A stretch of 57,197 nt of DNA from Phoronis australis (Eukaryota > Animalia > Phoronida), in contig NMRA01000223.1 in the NCBI GenBank assembly GCA_002633005.1, positions 105,512-162,708 on the forward strand. The letters run 5' to 3'. This document shows positions 39,130 through 50,700 of the stretch, piece after piece; positions within the stretch are counted from its first letter, which is position 1; each line of letters starts with the position of its first letter. A program made the position numbers and the translations under genes. The notes beneath the pieces were generated by a model. The model searched no databases. It was not told the origin of the DNA and was given only the letters and a program-made list of their open reading frames with translations.

Positions 39130-40410
39130 TCATGTCCTGAACACACCCACTAGCACAAGAAACTGTAGTAACACCACATTTATCAACCTTCACTCTGATC
39201 AGGGTTCTATTGTGAGTCAGCATGCGTGAATAATTGGCTGATAAGCTGCCTCTGGAACTACTTTTGGCTGAATGGATGATCAGGCCATAAAATGATAATT
39301 AGCCAAGACCAGTTTCTAATGCAACAAAGAATAATATCGTAGCATCACCTAGCCTTGGTGGAAAGCTGTATAGTGTATCGGCTCTAATAAACGCTTAGAT
39401 TCATGGGGAGGGGATTCTTATTGTAGCCTACGGCAATTGAAACCCGGTTTCCCAAAAGAGTAAACTCGGAAGCTAGGATTCATCAAATTTGCGCTCTGTG
39501 ACGTATTTTTAGCCTATGACAGTCTTTCTACAAAATTGTGGTGCATTGCTATGAACTTCCGTTGTTAAATTACGATAATTATTCAAAAAATTGTGCTCAT
39601 CACAGGGCGAAATCTTGCCGACTGATGCGTCGCTGAATCGCCATCGTCAATAGTAAAACATGAACTCCTGAATAAAAATATAGTTTCGACTCAACAAATT
39701 ACCTGAAATCCTCCTGATGTTTTACAATTTTTAAAGTTCATATGGAGTACAGATTAATTGCGATTAAGTCAAAATCTGCGCTACATCGTACCCCACAACA
39801 CGAGAAAAATCTCTGGATGAACACACACGTTGTTGTCACGTGAAGTTTGTTTTGAAGTTCGTCTGCGTATGAGAGTGAGTGCCGGAGCGTGCGTGTGTGG
39901 GTCATCGACGATTCACTTTTATGCAGGAAAATGGCATTTACTAGATTGTTTTTTCATTTAAACGGCTGCAACGTGCAAGGTGAGTGCTGGTTAATTCACA
40001 GATTTAGTGTGCACAGGCTGACGGTAGTTAGCTCTACAGTGGAGTAATAATAGTCCAAGGCTCGATCTACATGTTGGGACGAAGTGAACTACCCGGGCCG
40101 TGTGAAATTTCTGGGTCTAACGGAGACACTGACGCAGTGGTCAGCCAGCTCGCTGTATCAAGACTATGGCCAAATCCAAATTCGTTTTATCGTGTCCCTG
40201 TTAATAATAACGGCATGCTAAAGTTTCTTAATTTTCGTACTTCAGGAACATAACAATCACGTGTTTTGTACGCATACGTGCACGCCGCAGATCACATCTC
40301 GGAAATAGCCGACTTGACGGATGACAACGAATGAGCACAATGATATTAAACAACGTCGTTTTACAGATTGTAAGATTCATAATGAACGTATTTTTAATAT
40401 TGCAATGCAT
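39130..40410 (+). repeat. interspersed repeat R, copy B
   Basis: 39130-39300 matches 47367-47537; 39607-40410 matches 28846-29670. Confidence 0.88.
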
Positions 40411-41476
40411 GTGTGATTTTGAAATCAACTTATAAACAATGTAGACACACGTGAATGTGATGCCATAGTATGGAGATTAAATTCTACTCGCATACATCCC
40501 AAATTCTGACACCATATCTATTATTGATAGTGGCAATTTGACCAGTCGCCCTAGTTACCGTTATTATATTTTAGCGAATAATTTTCCTGGAAGTTCTTGT
40601 GCCCTGAATTCTAAGGGCATGGGGTAAGACGTAAATTTTCACTAGGGGTTGGGTACTGATCATAGGGGCGTTCTATGGGATGGGGATTCCAGATGCCATC
40701 ACGGCGTATGAGAGCTTATTAAATAAATGAGTTTCTTCCACGAGTACAGTGCCGTGCAAGTATCTACAAAGGGGCAATACATGCACAAATTCAAATGTAT
40801 CGAGATATTTCGGCTACTTTTAGGGCAAATTATGTATATCCAGAACTGTGAAGAATTTTGTTGTATCCTTAGCTCTGGAATCATGACTGTGATTGTGTGT
40901 GCATGGTTGCATTTGCTCCATTTTACTAACCGCTGGCAGGTCGTTGATTCGACACGCGTTCCCGTTACGCTCCTGTCTGAGCCAAACAAATCAGTGGGTG
41001 TAATGCATTTCATAGGTGTATCAAATGCCATGTTTGTTTCATTACACCTACAATAGTTTCACGTTTCTGCAGAACAACATGCAAAACAGTATCACTCACG
41101 TAACCAAGTAGGCCTTCCCCTATGAATAAACAGAATTGAAGCCCACTTAGGGTCAATATTCTCCTGAATATAAAACAGGTGATGCATTTGGCAAGGGTAC
41201 AAAATAAGGACTAGGCAGTAATCATATCTTTCGATTGATAATTCCAAAAATGACCCCAAACTAGTCATGTTTACAGTGTGCTTTACTGTTCTAGGTATTT
41301 TTTGATGAATGTGTTTATTTTGAGGCAACTATTAGCTACTTAGATCCCAGAAGAGTCTCACCGAATACTTGGTGATAGCATTGGTAATAAGTGCTGTATC
41401 AATATGGTTTACTTTGTTATTGCGTTGGCATTTCATTTGTTACATTATGAAGTTAACAACCTGTCATCTCCTGCAG

Positions 41477-41749
41477 AACCGTGCGCAATGGACAAGGATG
41501 GAAGGGACTATATTGGATTGAACTCGACTACTCGCAGAGGGGAACGGTGCATGAGCTGGTCACACCCAGATGTGGTGATAAAACTTCATGACACTAGCAT
41601 AGGAGAAGCTGGATTTAACTACATGCCCATGCAAGCTAAAAGGTCAAATTTATGTAGAAATAATGACTACAGACCAAACGGTCCTTGGTGCTTTATCGAG
41701 GGCCGATTTCCGGCTTGGGACTACTGCGGAATTGAACTCTGTAACAAAA
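41477..41749 (+). CDS. host gene exon encoding kringle domain 2
   Basis: Acceptor tcatctcctgcAG, donor A|GTAAGT; 273 nt, phase 1-1. Six Cys: PCAMDKDGRDYIG..STTRRGERCMSW...NLCRNND...GPWCF...WDYCGIELC. Confidence 0.92.
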
Positions 41750-41910
41750 GTAAGTTTCAATTGCATGACACAATTGACCAATTGTACCAGAGTTAAACTA
41801 TTTTCACATAAAGCACCTCGCCGACCACGTCCCCAAAATGTGTAACGAAAGCTGAAACTTCCCTCATATAGAATATGGTATCACCGTCTGTGCAAAAGTC
41901 TAACGGTAAC

Positions 41911-42522
41911 TGTTGATGTGCTAGCAGTGAAAGGCATTCTGTTCGGTTAGGAACGTTGAATGCGCGACACAGTGCGAGAACGCGGTCCAAGGATAATACT
42001 AGTCTGAAGGAGGATAATAGTTTTATTACATACTCTTCTGCCGATACTACTGAGTCTGTTACAATCCATGCGATCATACACTTATATAGTGACATACATG
42101 AATCATAACAGGATATACTGAACAAACATGTTTACTACAATTCCTCATGTTGGGGGTGTATTACATAATACTTAATTCTCTGAACTACTCCTACACATGC
42201 ACTCACTGGGATATGAGATCATACTCTAACACTCCCCCTTGATCTCATATTCGTCACATTTATTATGCAATCTTTAATTACAAACATTATTTCCAAAAAC
42301 ATAGTTCACAAACTTCTGTAGTTTCACTTTTGACAACTTCGTAAACATATCTGCAATGTTTTCACATAAGCCAAAACAATATCCAGTAATACTGTGTCTG
42401 TCATCAGATGATCCCCAATCTGCATCACTAAAACCAATAATTCTCAAACCATTTTTAGACTTTCTAAATCTGAGTGAATAATCCATAGTTCCTTTCAAAT
42501 AGCGTAACACCTGTTTCAATTT
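41911..42522 (-). mobile_element. Ty1/Copia LTR retrotransposon 3' end: RT tail and deleted RNase H, PPT, 321-bp 3' LTR
   Basis: ORF 42274-42519 reads KQVLRYLKGT...GFSDADWG...SITGY...NIADMFTK. PPT AAGGGGGAG (42240-42232) lies directly before the LTR, which runs TGTT...AACA over 41911-42231. Confidence 0.9.
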
Positions 42523-42523
42523 N

Positions 42524-42821
42524 ATTTAACTACATGCCCATGCAAGCTAAAAGGTCAAATTTATGTAGAAATAATGACTACAGACCAAACGGTCCTTGGT
42601 GCTTTATCGAGGGCCGATTTCCGGCTTGGGACTACTGCGGAATTGAACTCTGTAACAAAAGTAAGTTTCAATTGCATGACACAATTGACCAATTGTACCA
42701 GAGTTAAACTATTTTCACATAAAGCACCTCGCCGACCACGTCCCCAAAATGTGTAACGAAAGCTGAAACTTCCCTCATATAGAATATGGTATCACCGTCT
42801 GTGCAAATGTCTAACGGTAAC
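42524..42821 (+). other. near-identical second copy of 41613-41910 (partial kringle exon and flank); probable second haplotype or assembly redundancy
   Basis: 298 bp at an offset of 911 with one visible substitution. Begins right after a single N and continues without the LTR. Confidence 0.85.
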
Positions 42822-43069
42822 AACTCACCTGGAACAACCTTTGCAGGACAAAAAGTAAGCAAATTGCGATTTTCCTAGGAATCACATCACCAAACAGCTG
42901 TTCGGAAATGAGCTCCAGAATGCCCACCAAAAACATTAATTCTCAGCCTGTATCGTCACAGTGAACTATTGTCCCTGGGTTTCTTTAATGTTTTTCCCTG
43001 TGCATGTTTTTTCAGAGTTTTATTGTGATCCGAGTATTCTCTTCTTAATATTCTTCAGAGTATTCTGTG

Positions 43070-43520
43070 TTATTACTCTGCGCGTTAAAGCGCAGATTTT
43101 TACTGTTCTACGTATTTTATCTTCTTAATATTCTTATTAGTCTGCTCGTGCAAGCGCAGGATTTTACTGTCCTACGTATTTTATCTTCTTTTTACTCTGC
43201 GCGTAAAAACGCAGAGTTTTGCTGTTCTATGTATTTTATTACTCTGCGCGTGCAAGCGCAAAAATTTGCTGTTCTACGTGTTTTATCTTCTTATTAATCT
43301 GTGTGTGCAAGCGCAGAATTTTACTGCTCTACGTACTTTGTCTTCATATTACTCTGCGCGTGCAAGCTCAGAGTTTTGGTGTTCTACGTATTCTATCTTC
43401 TTATTCATGTTAATACTGTGCGCGTGCAAGCGCAGTTTTACTTTTTCTACGAATTTTATCTTCTTATTACTCTTTGCGTTCACGCGCGAAGTTTTACTGA
43501 TCTACGCATTCTATCTTCTT
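43070..43520 (+). repeat. stack of 8 diverged HINE 5'-end modules (~50-60 bp each)
   Basis: TACTCTGCGCGTGCAAGCGCAGAGTTTTACTGTTCTACGTATTTTATCTTC variants near 43073, 43139, 43192, 43240, 43296, 43350, 43413 and 43467. Confidence 0.85.
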
Positions 43521-43532
43521 AATATTTTTATT

Positions 43533-43565
<33 letters not shown>

Positions 43566-46500
43566 GTTATTATTATTATTATTCCGTCATTTCCAGATTG
43601 TTAGTACTTCTACTTCGATTCGCTAAAATGATTCTTTTTCACTGTGGTTTAGAGGTTCATCATTTTTATTTTTCTGACTATAATGTTTTGACCCAAAATG
43701 CACCAGATTGACCCGAAATAAGCCTAGGAGTGCATTTTTACAAAATGCCTCTTTTTCTACAGGTTTTTAGATAGACTCTTCGAATTTTGGAAACAAGAAG
43801 ACACTAAAAGTCTGCATCCGAAATTTACTTGGAACTCAAACGGATGAAGGGAACTAAGTTTCCGGGACAAAGGACATTAAAAAAAATGATTTTTGGGCTA
43901 GACGTTTCATAATCATTCGTACGATTACAATCCATAAAGGAAGTTCAGTCACAAACTTTGGGGTCACTAGGTGCAGCTTTGGGTCATTAAGTGCAGTTTT
44001 CTGTTGAATTTAAGACTTTCAATCAGCTTGTACGTGAATTATGCACTAGGAAGAGCGTTTAAATTCATGGTGGTTCAACCAATTGCCAATCAAATTCTAC
44101 TGATCACATGGATTTGACTCAAAATGCAACGGATTAATGGGTGCATTCCATCAAATTGCTTCTTCTCCTACATGTGTTTAGGTAGGCTCTCCTAATTTTG
44201 ATAACAATCAGGCACTGCAGATGTGCTTCCGAAATTTACGTGGAATTTGAATCGGATCAAGGGAACCGAATTCCCGGGTAAAGGGTCACTGAGTGCAAAA
44301 GTGATTTCTGAGTTAGACCTTTTCTAATTACGCACATGATTACAATTTTCAAAAGAAGCTCACTCACAAGTTTTGGGGTCACTTGAAGCAACTTAGGGTC
44401 ATTAAGTGCAGTTTGTCTGTTAAATTTATGACTTTTAAAAAAAAACTGTTCTTAAGCGATGCATTGATGAGAGCGTTCATTTGCATGGTGGTTCAACAAG
44501 TTGCCTATCAAATTCTATTGATCACTTGCATTTGACTCCAAATGTACTACAGTAACCCGCAACGGGTCAAGGAGTGAATTTCGTCAAGTTCCTTCTTTTC
44601 TATAGGTTTTTAGATAGACTCTCCGAATTTGAAAAGGAGCAGGCACCAGTGATCTGCATTCGAAATTTACTTGAAATTTAAATGGGATCAAGGGAACCAA
44701 ATATACGGGCCAATGGTCATTAAGAGAAAAAAGTTATTTTGAGCTACACCTTACATATTTAGGTATATAGTCTTCATACGTAAATGAAATTCAGTTACAA
44801 ACTTTGGGATCATTAGGGTCACCTGGCTGGTCATTAGGTGCATTTTCCGTTGACATTCTTACTCTTCAGTTTTGCTCTTTCGTAGTTACCAGGCACATCT
44901 CTCTCTTTCCCTCAAAGGATGCAACTTTTATGCAATTTTATGCTCCTATACTTCAAAATGCACGTCTATTGCCGATTAAATTCTATTGATCACATAGATT
45001 TGACTTAAAATGTTCTAGGATGACCTGAGACGGGTCAAAGAGTGCATTCTGTCAAATTGCTTTTTCTTCCACAAGCTTTTAGATAGACTCTCCCAATTTT
45101 GATGACAAGCAGGCACTAGAGAAGTCCATCCGAAACTAACTTGGAGTTTAAATTGGATCAAGGGAACAGAGTTTCCGGGTCAAAGGTCATTAAGTTCAAA
45201 CACAATTTTTGTGCTAGACCTTTCATAATCGTGCATATTATTTCTATTCACAAACGAATCTCAGTCACAAGATTTGGAGTCGTTAGGTTCAACTAGGGGT
45301 CATTAAGTGTAGTTTTACAATCATCTTGTACTGACGTGATACTTTATTAGGGCGTTCATATTCATGGTGGTTCAATCAACTGCCTATGAAATGCTAATGA
45401 TCACATGGTTTTAACTCAAAATGCCCCGGAATGACCCGAAACGCGTAAAGAGGTGCATTCTGTCAAATTGCTTCTTCTTCTGTACGGTGTTAGATAGACT
45501 CTCCGGATTTCGATAATAAGCAGACGCTAGAGAAGTGCCCACGAAATTTACTTGGAAATTAAATCGGATAAAGAGTACCGAGTTTCAGGGTCAAATTTCA
45601 TTAAGTGCAAAAGTAATTTTTGAGCTAGACCTTACACAACAACCTATATAGTTTTCATTTGTAAAGGAAATTTAGTCACAAACCACGGGGTCATTTGGTG
45701 CAGTTTTCCGTTGATATTCCTTTTTTTTACTCTTGCTCTTTCATACATGTAGTTACCAGAGACATCTCTCTCTTTCACACAAAGGATGAATCTCCTATGC
45801 ACTGTAATGCGCCTATACTATGCACGTGCGTACACCATGCACAGAATTGTAAGAGCGCATACGCAATTGCGTTCTAGTTCTTATTATTATTCTTTTTCTT
45901 CTTCATTCCTTTCAGATTATTAGTTTTTTTACTTCGATTCGCTAACAGCATTCACATTTAGTGTGTTTCAAAGGATCATGGCTGTTTTTTTATTATGTTT
46001 TGACCCAAAATGAACCGGATATACCCGAACGGGGTCAAGGAGTGCATTTTCAAAAAATGCTTCTTCTTCCACAAATTTTTAGATAGACTCTTCGAATTTT
46101 GGTAACAAGTCGGCCCTAGAAATATGCATGCGAAAATTACGTGGAATTCCAATCGGATAAAGGGAACTGAGTTTCCGGCTCTAAGGTCATTAAGTGCGAA
46201 AGTGATTCTTGAGCTACACCCTTCATAATCGTCATATCATTACCATTCGTTAACGAAGGTCAGTCAAAAATTTTGGAGTCACTGAGTGCAACTTTGGGGT
46301 TATTAAGTGTACTTTTCTGTTATATTTAAGAATTTTTCATTCAGCTTTTACCTGAATGATGAATTAGTGAGAGTGTTCAAATTCATGGTGGTTCAACCAA
46401 TTGTCGATCAAATTCTATCAATAATACGTGTATGACCCAAAATGCACTATAGGACCGCAAGAGGGGTAAACCAATATATTTCTTTGAAGTGTTTCTCCTT

Positions 46501-47366
46501 GTGCGATTTTTGATATTGCCTTTTTAAATTTCGTGAACAGCTTGGTGCCATATAAGAACACCCACAACTTACATGGAATTTCGATCTAATCAACTGAATC
46601 GAATTTCTGGGTGAATGTTCAGTAAGCGCAAATGAGATTGTTGAGCTAGACCTTTGATAATCATGTATATCATTTTCATTCGTAAAGGAAATCCATTTAC
46701 AAATTTTAGGGTCATCATGTGCAATTGTGGGGGCGTTAGGTGCAGTTTTCTGTTTATATTTCAACTTTTCACTCTTTTTTTAAATTTTTTCATTCTTCCA
46801 GTTAAACATAATTAAGGCAAAGGTCTGAGATTCACTTGCTTTACTTTACAATTCAATGAAATTAAAGTTTACTAAGTTAAATGTATACTTGAACCGATTT
46901 TAGAAATACATTTAAACAAAAGAAAAACATACAAGACAGTGTAGTAGTATATGGCTCTGAAAAGTGAAGAGAGTATTTTGCAATGATAAAATATCCTTAC
47001 AGTGCTATTAAATTATGCATTTGTGACAACCTGTTCGTACATTTTTCCATTTGTAAATTTTTGACAAAATATGTTTTTTCACAGGAGTAATAACTGTTAA
47101 GGTAGGTATATACACTGGTCGAATCTCTAGGTTCCTAACCAAAATGACAAAAAATGCAATTTTAACTGGTTAGACATGGCTCTGAAGGTGACAAAAATCG
47201 AAAAAAAGTTTTTCGTAGTTCGTTTTTTAAAAAATACGTTTTTTAATTGTCAAAAAAAAACAAGTTTACCTCGATTTTTTTTCAAACAGCACAGGGATTA
47301 TCATAAACTGTTTCCTTACGCAATATTCTACTTATCCATACCAATTAAATGTACAAAACCATTATG

Positions 47367-48632
47367 ATCATGTCGTAAACACATCCACTAAAACAAGAAA
47401 CAGTAGGAACACCGCATTTATCCACCTTCACTCTTATCAGGCTTCTATTGTGAGTCAGCATGCGTGAATAATTGGCTGATAAGCCACCTCTGGAACTACT
47501 TTTGGCTGAATGGATGACCAGGCCATAAAATGATAATNNNNNNNNNNNNNNNNNNNNNNNNNNNNNNNNNNNNNNNNNNNNNNNNNNNNNNNNNNNNNNN
47601 NNNNNNNNNNNNNNNNNNNNNNNNNNNNNNNNNNNNNNNNNNNNNNNNNNNNNNNNNNNNNNNNNNNNNNNNNNNNNNNNNNNNNNNNNNNNNNNNNNNN
47701 NNNNNNNNNNNNNNNNNNNNNNNNNNNNNNNNNNNNNNNNNNNNNNNNNNNNNNNNNNNNNNNNNNNNNNNNNNNNNNNNNNNNNNNNNNNNNNNNNNNN
47801 NNNNNNNNNNNNNNNNNNNNNNNNNNNNNNNNNNNNNNNNNNNNNNNNNNNNNNNNNNNNNNNNNNNNNNNNNNNNNNNNNNNNNNNNNNNNNNNNNNNN
47901 NNNNNNNNNNNNNNNNNNNNNNNNNNNNNNNNNNNNNNNNNNNNNNNNNNNNNNNNNNNNNNNNNNNNNNNNNNNNNNNNNNNNNNNNNNNNNNNNNNNN
48001 NNNNNNNNNNNNNNNNNNNNNNNNNNNNNNNNNNNNNNNNNNNNNNNNNNNNNNNNNNNNNNNNNNNNNNNNNNNNNNNNNNNNNNNNNNNNNNNNNNNN
48101 NNNNNNNNNNNNNNNNNNNNNNNNNNNNNNNNNNNNNNNNNNNNNNNNNNNNNNNNNNNNNNNNNNNNNNNNNNNNNTATTTTGAATATTGCAATGCATG
48201 TGTTCCAAAATCTAAATAACTTGGGTCCTATATTTTTGTATTAGTGCGCGCCGAATGAAAGTAATCGTGAGTGTTGCTGTGTTGCAAAATCTCTTATCCT
48301 GGGCCGATTTGAAAAATTCAAAGTTGTACTCATATTTGTTTTCGCTCCTCTTTTCAAATATTACAGTAAAAACTACGTAAAACTCTCACCATAAAAAGTA
48401 CAGTCTGCTAGCTAGATTGTAATCAGCTGATCATATCCGCATGAGCGAAGCCAATTATCCTCGCTCGTGACTCGATGACTAGAGCAGCCTGGCGGCATCC
48501 CTTTGATCGTGAGCCGAGTGCGACTCAGCCAAGGTGGACAAATACGGTCTAGTTCAATTTTCCATACCCCGCCGTTTACCTTAACCACTGGGGTTAGAAC
48601 CAATTTTATTTAGTGGGAATGTTCATAGCATG
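47367..48632 (+). repeat. interspersed repeat R, copy C (spans the gap)
   Basis: The left side matches 39130-39300 and the right side matches 29646-30099. Confidence 0.85.
47538..48177. other. assembly gap
   Basis: Run of N. Confidence 1.
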
Positions 48633-50237
48633 ATGTTGATTTTGCGGCAATTTTTTTTGCGTGTGAGTTGGAGCAAACACGCCATTTCTTGTCATTTAGT
48701 CACTTTCCGTCTAATAACTAAAATCTGGACCATGTATCAAAAATCCCTGGCACGAGATTTTACTTCAGTCCTAGAGGATTTCAAATTTGCAAATTTCGTA
48801 AAAAATTTGACCCACATGTTGCGGAAAAATAGGACCCATAATCTTGCCACTAGCCTGAAATCGCGAGCCGAGAAAAACGGCTTTGAAGTTATGTTGTCAT
48901 CGATTGCCGCTTGAGATCAAATTTCGTTCAGAATGCCTGGTCATTATGTTCCAACTTTTTGCTGAATTGCTAGAAATAAAGATGATATTTACTTCATGTT
49001 TAGAAACTGTGACAAACCTGCTTGTTTACAGCGTAATTTTAATTTTTTTTCGAAATTGTGAAGCGCGACAGACGAACAAAACAAATATGGCTGTCACGTG
49101 GGTGGAGCTTAGCGTTGATCTATTGTCTGCTGCACTGGAGTGCCCACCACACGTTAAAACCATGTGTTGATTGTTTATGCGATTCATCTGAACTCTCAAC
49201 TCAGTGTAGTAAAAGACTCTCTAACTATATTAAAAAGACCTATTTATTAGTATTCCAATATTATCATCAACCAATGTATGCGTTATGTCAAATCACTGCG
49301 TTAGTGTCTACATAACAATGTTGGCGACGAGTATAAAGAACTACTTTCATAGTAATGGTTCAACATTTTTGCGTGCCTGTACCAAATGGACTTTGGGATA
49401 AAAAAATATCACTTTCTGCGCAAATAGCATCGCTTGGGTGAGATTCTCAAGCTACCGATGTTTCTTATATTGCTTTCCTCTAAAATCGTATGATATGAGT
49501 TTTAATTCAGGGATACCTTGGAATCTATGCACTGGAAAAAAATTGTTATGTTGAACACTGGGTCATTTCTCTAATTCTTTGGGTTTCGGCCATTGGCAAG
49601 TTAAAAAATCCCTTGGGTTTGACGCCTAGTTTCTCCACGGCGCGTTCCCAACGCAGAAGCACGGTTTATCTACAAAGACACTACTTTGATGGCATGAAAT
49701 TGTCCATGTGTCGCGCGTGCGGCTTGTCTTCACAGCGTGTGCATGCACTCTCACCGAATCGTTCAACACCACCCACGTCGACGCTCAGCCTCCTCTCGCA
49801 AGACACCTCACCTTACCGACTTCTCGTGTACACGCACAATTTCTGCACTGACTCCTCAAGCTGAATGCAGTGATGGCTACGATAGGACTTGGCGTACTCA
49901 ACTTAATTTTTTTTGCAGATAGACAAACAGGCTCAGGCTCTGAACAGGAGCTAGTTCACCATTTCACCACCAAGTTTCACATGGTGAAAAATAGAGTTAT
50001 TTTATTCTTGGTCTTGCTACAACATCAATATCAGCTGGTACAGCACTCTCGATTGCCCGGTTACGCAATGTGCAGGGTTAGATTAGAGCTAGTGTCCTTG
50101 TATAAGCTTCGTCCCAGTTGTCAGTCACTGAGCTGGTGAGCACTTAAGTCATATGACCTACTGAAGCTTGGTGAAATATAGCTAAAAAGATCTTTGGATT
50201 TTCAGAATGATTTTATTTTTATTCAGTATACTGTGCA

Positions 50238-50700
50238 TCAAAAATTAAAGATTAGGATGACATAAAAATGTAAAAAACAGTCATCATTTATTTTTGTGTA
50301 TCCACCTACCTTAATTTCTTCTGTTAATATAATTAAATTTGAAGGTTTACCCTTGAGACGTTGTTTATATAAAGGGAACTTGCAGAGACACAAGATTAAA
50401 TTTTGAATTGGCTGCCTTCTACATCTGTTTCCAAAGAAAACTGTAAGCACATTTGTATCCAGAGGAATGTTTTTTTTTCTAACCCAATCTTCAACATTGT
50501 TCCAAAAAATTTTAACAACATCACAGTTTCAGGTTCATTCACACAAAAGGTACACTAGGGGGAGTTACTTACCCCAATTTTGACAAGATAAGAGTGACAG
50601 ATAATTATCTTATGTCTAAATTGAAATCAACGAAGTTTCAACTCAAGTGTAAAATTCACAACGTAGGCATTTTTCCACCATTCAGTAGTGTCTGGTATAG
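50238..50700 (-). mobile_element. degraded L1/Tx1-type LINE 3' fragment (zf-RVT region)
   Basis: Minus-strand relics across frames: EWWKNAY..., KLR*FQFRHKIII..YLVKIG.SNSP*CTFCVNEPET, VKIFWNNVEDW, VFFG...NLILCLCKF.LYKQRL. Confidence 0.65.

Noticed and set aside
11649-41749. Naming the host gene KREMEN or plasminogen
   Set aside because: Domain order differs, and no CUB, transmembrane or protease exon was found.
42524-42660. Third kringle exon
   Set aside because: It is partial, starts at an N and is essentially identical to 41613-41749, so haplotype redundancy is more likely.
43070-43520. CRISPR-like repeat array
   Set aside because: There are no unique spacers or cas genes, the context is eukaryotic, and the units equal the HINE 5' ends seen at 31474 and 50990.
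47345-48219. Long ORFs of 287, 232 and 229 aa
   Set aside because: Artefacts of translating through the N gap.
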